Assembly: GCF_002113885.1 (NCBI RefSeq)
Contig: NW_018407219.1
Coordinates: forward strand, 649,218 to 713,217
From: Mizuhopecten yessoensis
Taxonomy: Eukaryota
Direction: 5' to 3'
Length of the DNA stretch: 64,000 nucleotides
The notes under the pieces were generated by a model, which was not told the DNA's origin, ran no database searches, and saw only the letters and a list, made by a program, of their open reading frames with translations. Both the position numbers and the translations under genes were made by a program. Below are positions 28,007-39,369 of the stretch, in pieces (position 1 is the stretch's first letter; each line of letters opens with the position of its first letter).

Positions 28007-28827
28007 GGGGGGGCTTTATTAGAGAAGTGAAGGACAGGGACTTCTATTAAAAAGGAACAAATTATTGGATCTCTTTGATGAGTCTGTATCTTTTGAAGAG
28101 GGTACTTGTGGAGTTACATTGTGAGGGGTAAACAAGGTATACTTTATATACACTCTTAACCCAACAGAATTGACATATCTAGCAAGGGAAGTGATGGGTA
28201 TTAAACAGATATGTCCCAAGGCGATGCCACTAGTATCATGACAAAGATTTTTACAATTTTTCGTAGGTAGGTTAGCATCTGTTGCAATTACCATCGCTTT
28301 ACAAAACCAGTTTTGTATGTGAGAGGTATCCTTATACCCTCAGAATCAGGGATAATTGGAGAAAAACAGCAGCATTGCCGAGAAGGAAGTCATAAATATT
28401 AGCCATCAGATTACGCTTTGCACTGACCATTTAGCACAGGACAAAGGGATAAACACAGACCTAGGGGATACCACTGCGAGACGTAAGTTAGACTATATAA
28501 GTTCATTTAAATGTCATGTTATTTGTGATAGTAAGTGTCCGCATAGGTTGAACAGATCAAAGTGATTCCAAACAACACAACTGGTAATCAAGTTTTATCA
28601 TCAATATTGATCTAACTAAAGCATCCATGCCAATCTCCCCATTATAGATCAGTATAGCCAGAAGTGTTTTCATCAGCAGTGATTCTCTATAAAATAGTAG
28701 GTCACCTATCAGTAATGGACTCCAATTGAATGCTTTATTTTATAGAGAAAACAAGCTATCATATGGTTTTAGTGCTTTTGCTGACCTTGGACAAAATTCC
28801 GTTCAAGTTCTGACTTTAAACAAACTT

Positions 28828-31453
28828 CCCAGCAGGTAACACAACATTTATTCAACGTTGAAATGAAGTTGTAATTTGGTCGCGACGTTGATTGATTCAA
28901 CGTTATTTTTTCAATGTTGAAATGTTGTTGTAATATGACGTTTAAACAACGTTGATTAATTTGATTTTGTTTAACCTTATTGACAACGCTGAATCTCAAC
29001 GTTGAATCAACATAGATTCAACGACCTGTTTTCAATTGTTAATGATATCCTATATTTTATATTTGGTTATTATATATAGAAACATCACGATTATCATTGT
29101 CATAGGTAAACAAAATGGAAAGTATCATAACTGTGCACACATTAATATCTACTGGAGGATTTAAAATCATTTTGTTGAAATTATGAGGAAATTGAAAGAA
29201 TTAATTTAAATCTAGAGTCATTTTCTTTTGTTATTTTGACTAAGTATAAAATCGCCAATGTTTCTTTTTCAGGGAGTTTAATTTAACTTATTACTCTTAC
29301 TTTATAAATAATGATTTACAATTTTGTGATTTATTTCATGTCTGCCTATGTAGACTGATTAGCTCCCTTACTCTATGTGATTCGCCGCCTGGTGGAACTT
29401 TAGTTGCGCATGCGTCATTAACTCTATCTTTTTAAAAACGTAAGCAATCGCAGGCCATACAAAATTGGAAGTGGAACATAAACCCATATAAACCTAACAT
29501 GCAACTGCAGATGATTGCAATGAAGTGCTGCATTACAGTAAAAGGTAAGTGAAATAGGATGTCTTGATTAATCAACTCTGTGATATAGTACATGCATGTA
29601 TTATATCTGTAAGAATATATAAATGTAAGATATGGTCTACCGATTCCCGGACTTTCAGAGTTTAAAATAATTTCAAATCTGATGTGAATTTAAAACCTGG
29701 AGGTCCCGATATTGTAAGGCCGATTCACACTTGCAATACCAACATGAAACAGCAATTAAAAGCAGTTTAATATGACATATATTCAAAGCACAATGTTTAT
29801 TTGGTTGCCCAGGCAAACGGACAGTGCACACTCCTATGCACATGTGTATAAACTCACTGTTATCGCTGCTATCATAAACTGGGTCTCGCACCCGTTGGCA
29901 AGATACACGCCTCTGAGTAGCAACTGCGTTTGCAACCATGTGTTGAAATAAATGCACACAAAGAAGGTAGACTTAGTCACTTTCTTTATATGTTCTTATT
30001 TAAATTTATGAATGGTCGATTTATTACGATAATATTTCCTTAACGTAAAATTTGCGCATTAGTGCACACTTTTTAAGGTTAATATTTATATATTGTCATC
30101 TCAAAAAGAGGTGTGCATTATACGCAGGAACAAGTCATTCTTGGGTTATTGTTCTCGAGTTTCTGGTCCGCCATATTGGATTACCTCCCTACAAATAGTT
30201 TTGTTTGGAGTCGTCGGTCATATATGATAAGATTGGCGACACAATTTTTACCTACTCTAAAAAGATTAAAATCTGTAATCTGTGGTCATGACTGCTGATT
30301 TGGCGACAAACACTAGCTGGGCACAGGTAACATTTCTATGGGTTAGTTGACCAGAGGGCATAACCACCGATGCCATCTGATCCTCGTAGGATCGCCATGC
30401 TTCAGCGAAAATTATTGAAACTTCTCAACACCACAGTTAATACAATGCAGTAATTAACTAACACTGTATCAGTGATTACCGATTAACAATAGCTCTACTG
30501 CAATTTAATTGAAATTATTTGCAGTCGCGATTGAGGGACAGTGTTGTTTTCATTCCTCAACACGTGGCGTGTCGAAGCTCTACTGCACTAGCTGTTAGAA
30601 CTACAGACTGATTTGATCGTAAAGGTATTATAAAAAATATCTTTATACTAGAAGCATGAACATTCAATACATTCCCTTCAAATCTACTCGAAGGGAAAAA
30701 ATAAAAGCAGAATACACTATTTTTATGATGCATCTTTTTAAAATATTGAAATCATTCACGAGGTTATCGATTGGTAAAAAAAACCCAGAACTAACATGGA
30801 ATGAAGCCTATCTTTGAAACACTACATTCTCATAATTATGGGAAAACCGCAAAGATGTCGAAACATAAGTTGATCGGCGATTCTCTGGCATTGAAATTAG
30901 CTACACTTTCTTCTTTTGGTTTCTGCAGATCATCCACTCGTTCCACTCGTACGGAGGGAGACCTTCATGGGCTTGTTCACTCCAATAAATCAATCGTTAA
31001 TTAATCGGCGTTATAAACACCAAGCTACATTAGAAGCTACTTTTCCAGTAAGATACCAGTTATTTTTATAAGAACAAATGATGTGGAAAATATTTGACCA
31101 GTGATCATTGAAATAAATTTATATAATAATGATAATAATATAATTTATATCTTTTGCAGAAGCTGTCTAACTGCCACTTGTATGTAGGTGATGCATTCCA
31201 AGAGTTAGATATCCAAAAACCTGATGCTTACCCCAGATAAACATGATGGAGATGGGCCACAAGCTGCTGATTACAGGTTGTTTAGAGAAGTAAAATGTTA
31301 CTCAAAACAGTGTGCTGTTGTCTGCTTCTTTGTTGAACGTTGAATTTTGGTATGTTGTTTCAACTTTCACAATCAAATATAAATTAAACGTTTAAACAAC
31401 ATTTGGCTTCAACATTGAATAAACCTTTATTCAACGTATATGTACCTGCTGGG
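28828..31453. mobile_element. Non-autonomous EnSpm/CMC-like DNA transposon
   Basis: TIR CCCAGCAGGTA / TACCTGCTGGG; TT on both flanks (2-bp TSD); clusters of (C)AACGTT(G)-type subterminal repeats at 28850-29025 and 31330-31440. Confidence 0.75.
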
Positions 31454-32371
31454 TTTGGTACAACAATTTGCAGGAATTATATGAAGAAATAAAACAATAT
31501 CACAGATATTTGACTTATAGCTACGGGAAAATGTCCTGTCACCACAGTGAGTGTCACCTTCAAATCACTATTTGATAATTATTCATAGATGTCTGCTACA
31601 AATGGAGTTGGTGTTAAAATAAAGGCTGCTTCCCTTGATCTATACCAAAAATAATTGCAAAGAATTATAAGCTATACAGTTCTGTAGATTCATTTTTACT
31701 TGGAGTATTTCATTCTTTATTGACGATGCAGCAACAAAAAAGAGTTTTTCTGACTTACACTTTATTTATTTCCTTAAAGTCTTTTTTCCTTTTGATGTTG
31801 TGTATTTACATTTCCAAGAAAGCAACAGTATAGGTAAAGTGTCAGGGTTCACATCAGGTAGGTCCACCTCAACCCCTGTATACTCTTTGTTTCTATTTTT
31901 ATTTCTATAAGTACTTATTTCAAACAATTGTTACTCTGTAAAATGCATCACAAGATCTGACTTACTCTTAATACTTCTATTGAAATAGCTGTAAGACAAA
32001 TATTTTATAATATTGATGATGATAACGATGTATCCTTAATTGATGGTGTGCTTTATCTTAAAGTCTCATACAACTGAATCAATGATTCTATAAGTGTATC
32101 ATACGTTTGTCATTCCGAACTGAAATAGGACAAGGTTTAAAAATACTTTGGATTTGAAGGATTTATAAAAGTATATTTACATTTGTGCTGCAACTCACTA
32201 TGTGAACAGTACCAGCAGAAATGCATTTCATTTGAGTATGAAAGCAAAATATTTTGTTACATAACACGCGGTTTACTTATGACGTCATAGACTAACCTTG
32301 TTCAATGAGAGTCTTTCACTTCGCTTCTGATAACATGGAGAATGCCCAGGTCCACCTCAACCCCTGTACTC

Positions 32372-32600
32372 TTGAAAAACTTCTTGATGTAAAAATTGAC
32401 AACAGTTTATCTTGGTTAGATCACATAGCATCTGTTGTTTCAAAGATTAACAGTGGTTTGGGTTTACTTCGATGCATCCGTCAATATTTACCACTTTCAG
32501 CTAGACTTAAATTTTTTCATGCATGTATTTTTCCCCACTTCATGTAAAGTAGCACAGTATGGAGCGGATGCTCTTTAAATCTTCTACAAACACTGTCAAA
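32372..32600 (+). pseudogene. CR1/L2-clade LINE reverse transcriptase C-terminal fragment
   Basis: Translation EKLLDVKIDNSLSWLDHIASVVSKINSGLGLLRCIRQYLPLSARLKFFHACIFPHFM*SSTVWS fits the KxLGVxIDxxLxWxxHI ... YCSxVW region; in-frame stop. Confidence 0.8.
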
Positions 32601-32626
32601 AGCGCATTCATACCGGCATCAAAATT

Positions 32627-33581
32627 AAACAAGAGGCCCATTTGTAACAAAGGTAACTTGCATTGAACTACATGTAATGCAAAAGTAGTGAGAAAGATGT
32701 ACTATGTACAAATAGTGGTTTTGTCAGTCAGCTGAATTTTGGTAAAGCACCTTAAGACCCTTCCATCTATGAAGAGTATTTGATTTCTACCATATCTGGA
32801 TCTTGAGAAGAAGATTTTGAAATTTTAGTCAATTTGACCCTTTTTGGCCCGACCCTCAGACCCCTGGGGACCAGTTTACCCCCTCCCTAAGGGTGAAACG
32901 TGAGACGTACCCCAGGGTCATGAAATTCACAATTTTGGCAGAGCATATTGAGACCCTTCCATTCATGAAGAGTATTTGATTCATATATCAGGATCTTGAG
33001 AAGAAGAGTTTTGAAATTTTAGCCAATTTGACCCTTTTTGGCCCCGTCCCTCAGGCCCCTTGGGGTCAGTCAGGGCTGATTTGTGCATATCATTAAACTG
33101 CTATCCAATACTGGTAATGCTAACTAAGTTTGAATTAATTCCAATGGAAATTAAACAATGCTGGTCAAAAATGTGATTTCCTTATATAAACTAAAGTAAA
33201 GTTTACCCCCTCCCCAGGGGGAAACGTGAGACCCCATGCAGGGTCATGAAATTCACTTTTACGATAAAGCACCTTAAGACCCTTCCATCTATGAAGAGTA
33301 TTTGATTCTACCATATCTGGATCTTAAGAAGAAGATTTTTGATATTTTACTCAATTTGACCCGTTTTGGCCCCGCCCCTCAGGCCCCTGGGGGCTGGGGA
33401 CCATATAATTCACAAATTTGGTTGAACTTTGGCCATGGAAGGTTTCTGCAAAATTTCATTGAAATTCTTTCAAGGGTTTTGGAGAAAAAGTCGAAAATGT
33501 AAATTGTTTACGGACGCACGGCGGACAAAATGCGATCGCAATAGGTCACATGAGACTTAATTTGTCTTAGGTGATCTAAAA
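32627..33581 (-). mobile_element. HINE (second family) adjacent to the LINE fragment
   Basis: AAACAAGAGGCCC terminus; internal repeats (GACCCTTCCAT..GAAGAGTATTTGATTC at ~32757, 32953, 33279); (GGAC)-like tract; terminal hairpin TAGGTCAC..GTGATCTA. Confidence 0.7.
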
Positions 33582-33729
33582 CCCGCTGTTCCATCCCTAT
33601 ATGGAATCGCTTGTTAACTTTCAGCAATAGAATTCTGGAGACTGGAAAGATGATATGTCAAAAACCTGCAAAATAGGCCTTTTGTATTCTTCATCAGGTA
33701 CATTTATGTATGTATCGTATCTATCCATC

Positions 33730-33838
33730 CAATCTAATTAAAATCATATCTTCACTTCGCTCCCGTTTTCTGATATGTCGCGCTTCAACGCGATTTATTA
33801 GAAAACTGACCGATGTGAAGATACTTTTCATTAGATTG
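33730..33838. mobile_element. Hairpin MITE with 9-bp TSD (Mutator-like)
   Basis: CTATCCATC at 33721-33729 and 33839-33847; the whole element is an imperfect palindrome CAATCTAAT...TCGCG / CGCGA...ATTAGATTG. Confidence 0.8.
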
Positions 33839-35016
33839 CTATCCATCTAGACAGTTGTCACTAGTTTAGAAATGTATATATATCAATGCTGGCAGCTGAC
33901 GTGTTTCGTAGTAGTCTGTGGTGTGTGTTAAATAATGTCTGTGTCCTTATTACACTCCAATCTGTCATAAAAAAAATCTAATCCTACAAAAAATATTAGA
34001 CATCAAAGGAGCAGGTTTTAATTTCATTTTTAGCAAGGAAGGACTTCTTTAGAAGCAAAGGATTCTATTGTCTTAATCAACCTTTTACCCATTAGACAAA
34101 TTACATTTCCGGGGCCATGTGATCTAGATCTGATTGAATCTAGCTGCAGCTGCAGCCATGCAAACAAATACCCCATATTTTATGTACGCAAATAATTGCT
34201 TCTATCCTTTTTTATCTTGTTGATCTGAAACAACTATTTTCAAAATCAGAAGATTTTACACTGACCAAAATGTTACCATAAAAGTACCTGTAATTCATTA
34301 AAGCAATCTTCAAAGCACCGAACACACGTCTGTTATGTACGTGGCAAACAAAAAAACAGCATCTAATGGAAATTAGTCTACTGCTTATCATGATATCACT
34401 GTGTTTTATAATTCTGCATTTCTAACCTGCTGAATGGTTCACAAGATTGATAGACTGTATAGATGTCTGGCCCAGCAATGCTAATGCATGTCACTCATAT
34501 GTTCGTCTCGACACCATCAAATACCATTTACATGAGTTATCTCCCTGTAAATAAGACAATAACGCTGCCAAGATAAAAAGTTTTATATTATACTGTTTCA
34601 AAATGCGTTTAAAGGAAATCACCATTTATTGAAAACCTTTCAGACCTCAGTAACTATCAAACCTTTCCTTTCTAATTGAGATGTTATGCCAGAATATGTC
34701 GGAGAGTAGCCTGTGGGAATGATTTATCATTCTAAGTATTTATGGCTCTTCATGACATCTTTAGTAATCACACACTCACACATTCATAATCAATAAGCAC
34801 TATGTATTTCCCAGATAATTAGTGCTGCCCCAATTTAGTAACTGACAAATTAATATTTTATAATTGTGACAGATGAACGTTTCATATCTGTGACACATGA
34901 ATAAAAGCGTTTTGGCTTGTCCTATTTTTAAAACTATGCTTTAACTCTGCTATCTCTAACCAGCCCTGGATCGCCATGAGGTCACAGTGACAGTGTTGGA
35001 TTCCGATGGCATGGGT

Positions 35017-35113
35017 AAGACTTCTGTTGTCATGACTACTTGTGTTGTCAAGACTTCTGTTGTCATGACTACTTGTGTTGTCAAGACTTCTGTTGTCATG
35101 ACTACTTGTGTTG
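35017..35113. repeat. 33-bp tandem repeat x3 (dimer of 16/17-bp subunits)
   Basis: AAGACTTCTGTTGTCATGACTACTTGTGTTGTC repeated. Confidence 0.93.
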
Positions 35114-35564
35114 CACTTTTCAACAAGTGTCTAAAATAATTGTCTGGATATTGTTTATTTCAGAGCAGCTCTTGGTGAAAGTAATGATTGTCTAAAACAT
35201 GTTAATGCTAAATGTTTGTATGTGATATAACGAGTAGTTAAAGTGTAATATCTAATTAAAATCACATCTATCATTACACTTTGTTCTGTAAACACTGTGT
35301 ACTTCATATAACAAAGCTAAAGATCTGGTTATAATTAGATTGACTTAAAGATACCCGTGCAATGTGACCACAAAAAAGTCCCCCTTAAGAACAGGAGAAA
35401 AGCCCATTAAATGTTGGAAATAAATATCTGAAACCTAGTTCACTTGAAAGGATCAAGTCGAAGTAATAAATACAATATTAGGGATTCAATAATGATGCAG
35501 GTCAGAATTCAGACGACAATGTACAGGGGAAATTATGAGAAGTTCTTTTTACACAACCAACAAA

Positions 35565-35628
35565 ATTTTCTATGTGACGTTTCGATGACTAGCACGATAT
35601 GTACACTGTCACCTTCATCAGACAAATG
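35565..35628 (-). ncRNA. Minimal type I hammerhead ribozyme motif (inverted copy)
   Basis: Plus-strand TCATCAG 35615-35621, GTTTC 35579-35583 and GAC 35576-35578 are the reverse complement of the same intact core. Confidence 0.7.
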
Positions 35629-35651
35629 ACCAATGAAGTGTATGCATTGGT

Positions 35652-35716
35652 CATTTGTCTGATGAAGGTGACAGTGTACATATGGTACTAGTCATCGAAA
35701 CGTCACATAGAAAATG
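35652..35716 (+). ncRNA. Minimal type I hammerhead ribozyme motif
   Basis: CUGAUGA 35659-35665, stem II GGUGAC (35667-72) / GUCAUC (35691-96), GAAA 35697-35700, CGUC with predicted cleavage after C35704, stem I UGU/ACA plus CAUUU/AAAUG. Confidence 0.75.
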
Positions 35717-37599
35717 GTATTGGTTGTGTAAAAAGAACTTCTCATAATCCATACTTACCAACCTGAAGAAAATATTTAGAAGTAAAGGGGAAATGTTTAA
35801 TCATATGTATTATAGATTGATATGAAGTATGAATCCTTAAGTCACTACATCTCATGGTTAGAGGCTAAATGCATAGGTTAGGGTCGACAAGAACAAGTGT
35901 TTTGCTTTGTGAGTAATTGGAAGCCCTGTAAAACTGATCTCTCCAAACGCAGTCAAATGGAAGTCATATAAAAACAGAGTAGGCTTCAAACAGTAAGTTG
36001 TTTGGGTTCCCGAAAAGAACGGGTGATTAACTGGTTTGGAATTAGCCGTCAAGTGTTTCCATCAATATTAAATCAACTGTTTGAAACGTTACAGATCTGC
36101 AATATGAAAGTAAAGGGTAGCAGAGAATGATCTAATAAAACACAGTTCAAATTATATACATTTTACTTAGCTTTCAATTGGTCGGTAAAATTCACCAACT
36201 GCTTTTTATCAAATTCTGTAAAATGGAACTGTTCGCACTATAATCCCCACTGAAGCAATGAGTGAATTTAATATCCTGTGAATCTTTGAAAAACATGTCA
36301 CATATTTACAGTAGGTAAAATCTCAGACAAGTGACAATTAATTAACATGCATCAAATATGTCCTTGAAATTCGCTAAAGCAAATATTTAATGAGGTGAAA
36401 ATGTTGCAGTTTATATATATAGATACCATATCTGCAGAATTGTTTTGCACAAGTCATGACCCTGGGTCCCAACATCAGCGTTATATACAGCCAAACCAGT
36501 TCATGCGACCACCTCCTTTTAAAGCTTGTAGTTTTCAGGGAGTCTGCCAATTTCTGGTATGATCTATATACTCAGTATCTTATTTAATAAATTTACAGGA
36601 AAATTAATGAAGCAAATTGACATGTTCATGCATGGTAATGTTTTGCGGACATGCAGTTTCTCCACGTCATTGTGAATACACTGTGTCAATGCAACTATCT
36701 TTGGTATAAAACAAAATTACCAGCTTCCATTACTATGTATGTCGGACTTTTACTGAGAAAGCTTTCTCCTGTAATGTACGAGCCATATGCGTCCCTATTT
36801 GCTGCTATTGTCAGTTCAAACCTTTCCATAGATGGCCAGGATTAACTGTTTACAGAGCTCACTGGTCAATGCAGTCGGAGCTCATTTGCAGATATTTGCC
36901 CCTAATCATCTCTCCAGGGAAGAACACCTTCTTTTGAGAACACCCATGGACATTAAAGTAAGAATGGAGTAGTTTTAAATTAGGTTTTACATTGAGTATT
37001 TACAAGCAGTCTGCCTCTTTCCCTGGACATATAATTGGCCGGTGGGTAATAGGTGTTCGATGTGTTTACCCCATGTCACATGGTACTTGGTCAGGAAGCT
37101 CTGAAATAATGATGAAGTGACATTCCGGAAATCAAAGCAAGCCAAGGAAAAACCTGTTAATTGTCAGATTTCGGTAAGGACAAAATCAATATCTCTAACT
37201 AGATGGACTGTCATTCATGGTCACCATTTGGTCATCTTATAAGGCCACTTACAACACCAGAAGTATAAGCTACGCAAGTGTTGCCATGGTAAAAAAACAA
37301 ATAGCAGTCCTTATTTTTATTCTCTCACCACCATCAGTTTTCTAGCCTCTGATTAGAGAAGATTGCAAGAATGATTAAGGTTTTTATTCCTTTGGCTGTA
37401 TCTTCCAAAAATGTATGAATATACTGCATAATTTTCAACCTCTAAACAAACATACTGCATCTTAGAATCTTTGCAAAGATGTTATGTAAAAACCACCCTT
37501 TTTATTTGTTCAATTATGTGCACATTGCTTGCTTAAATGTATAAAAGTGATTGTAAGCCTTTGTTTTTTGTTTTCACAATTATAACCGTTACTATTATC

Positions 37600-37687
37600 C
37601 ATATATGTTGTAAAGCGCTTTAGAGTAATTTTACAAATTATATATGGTGCTATATAAATGTTGTATATTATCATTATTATTATTATT
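37600..37687 (+). mobile_element. LINE (L2/CR1-clade-like) 3' tail
   Basis: TGTAAAGCGCTTTAGAG...GGTGCTATATAAATG followed by (TAT)n. Confidence 0.6.
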
Positions 37688-37974
37688 CAAATCTCTCACT
37701 ATAATACAACTAACTATCTGTATTATAATCTAGCTCTCATTAGTATAAAGATGTAGCACAGTCAAATCTCCCAATATTATACATAGTGCAGATAATAAGA
37801 AAACATTCTCAACAGAAAATGTATGTCTTATAGTCCTTGTACATCATCACGCAGGTGTCAGTGTCCTACTCTTATATATAGTTAAGGTTGTATCCTATCT
37901 AAAATATAATACCTGTGATTAATGTGAGAGTTGCCTCCCTTAATATTTTGTCAGTAAGCAGTATCTAATGCTCC

Positions 37975-39166
37975 AGAGCTATAACTGTAATGTAGAGGCT
38001 GACTCCACCCTGTGTACGATACACAACACAATAATTAATCTCTATACCTGATCCTCCCTCTAGAGCTGTTATGTTGAGGCTAACTCGACCCTGTGGACCA
38101 TACACAACACAATAATTAAGCTCTATACCTGATCCCCCCTCTAGAGCTGTTATGAAGAGGCTAACTCGACCCTGTGGACCATACACAACACAATACTTCA
38201 TCTCTATACCTGATCCACCCTCTAGAACTGTTATGTGGAGGCTAACTCGACCCTGTGTGCCATACACAACACAATATTTAATCTCTATACCTGACCCTCC
38301 CTCTAGAGCTGTTATGTTGAGGCTAACTCGACCCTGTGGACCATACACAACACAATAAATAATCTCTATACCTGATACTCCCTCTAGAACTGTTTTGTAG
38401 AGGCCAACTCGACCCTGTGTACCCTACACAACACAATAATTCATCTCTATACCTGCTCCTCCCTCTAGAACTGTTTTGTAGAGGCCAACTCGACCCTGTG
38501 TACTATACACAACACAATAATTCATCTCTATACCTGATCCCCCCTCTAGAGCTGTTATGAAGAGGCTAACTCGACCCCGTGTTTTATACACAACACAATA
38601 ATTCATCTCTATACCTGCTCCTCCCTCTAGAACTGTTATGTAGAGGCTAACTCGACCCTGTGTACCATACACAACACATTAATTAATATCTATACCTGAT
38701 CCTCCCTCTAGAGCTGTTATGTAGAGGCTAACTCGACCCTGTGTACCATACACAACACAATAATTAATCTCTATACCTGATCCTCCCTCTAGAACTGTTA
38801 TGTAGAGGCTAACTCGACCCTGTGTACCATACACAACACAATAATTAATCTCTATACCTGATCCTCCCTCTAAAACTGTTATGTAGAAGCTAACTCTACC
38901 CTGTGTACCATACACAACACAATAATTAATCTCTATACCTGAGCCTCCCTCTAGAACTGTTATGTAGAGGCTAACTCCACCCTGTGTACCATACACAACA
39001 CAATAATTAATCTCTATACTTGATCCTCCCTCTAGAACTGTTATGTAGAGGCTAACTTGACCCTGTGTACCATACACAACACAATAATTAATCTCTATAC
39101 TTGATCCTCCCTCTAGAACTGTTATGTAGAGGCTAACTCGACCCTGTGTACCATACACAACACAAT
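37975..39166. repeat. Minisatellite, 81-bp unit, ~14.5 copies
   Basis: TCTATACCTG every 81 bp (38041, 38122, 38203, 38284...); unit length divisible by 3 gives repetitive ORFs. Confidence 0.97.
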
Positions 39167-39369
39167 ACCGGGAAGTGTTTGCTGCAGGTTAACTTTCGCC
39201 TTTTTTTCCCTCTGTAATGAGGGCGATTTTATCATTACAGCCAATATAGGTAAATAGCGTAATAAACGTAGTAATTAAATGTGGAGGGCGAAATCAACAA
39301 TGGGTGAACATTGATCTTATTGGCAAAGGGCGAAAGTTTGACTGAGGGCAAAAATGTGCTGGTATACAG
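39165..39369. mobile_element. Degenerate MITE between two satellites
   Basis: Imperfect TIRs TACCGGGAAGTGTTTGC..AACTTTCGCC / GGCGAAAGTT..GCAAAAATGTGCTGGTA; internal GGGCGA repeats. Confidence 0.6.

Larger units (their letters stand above)
35532..35770. mobile_element. Penelope-like element remnant: inverted terminal (pseudo-LTR) segment
   Basis: ~104-bp arms (35532-35635 / 35645-35748, ~5 mismatches, 9-nt spacer), each with a hammerhead core; inverted truncated ends and minimal hammerheads are known PLE hallmarks. Confidence 0.7.
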
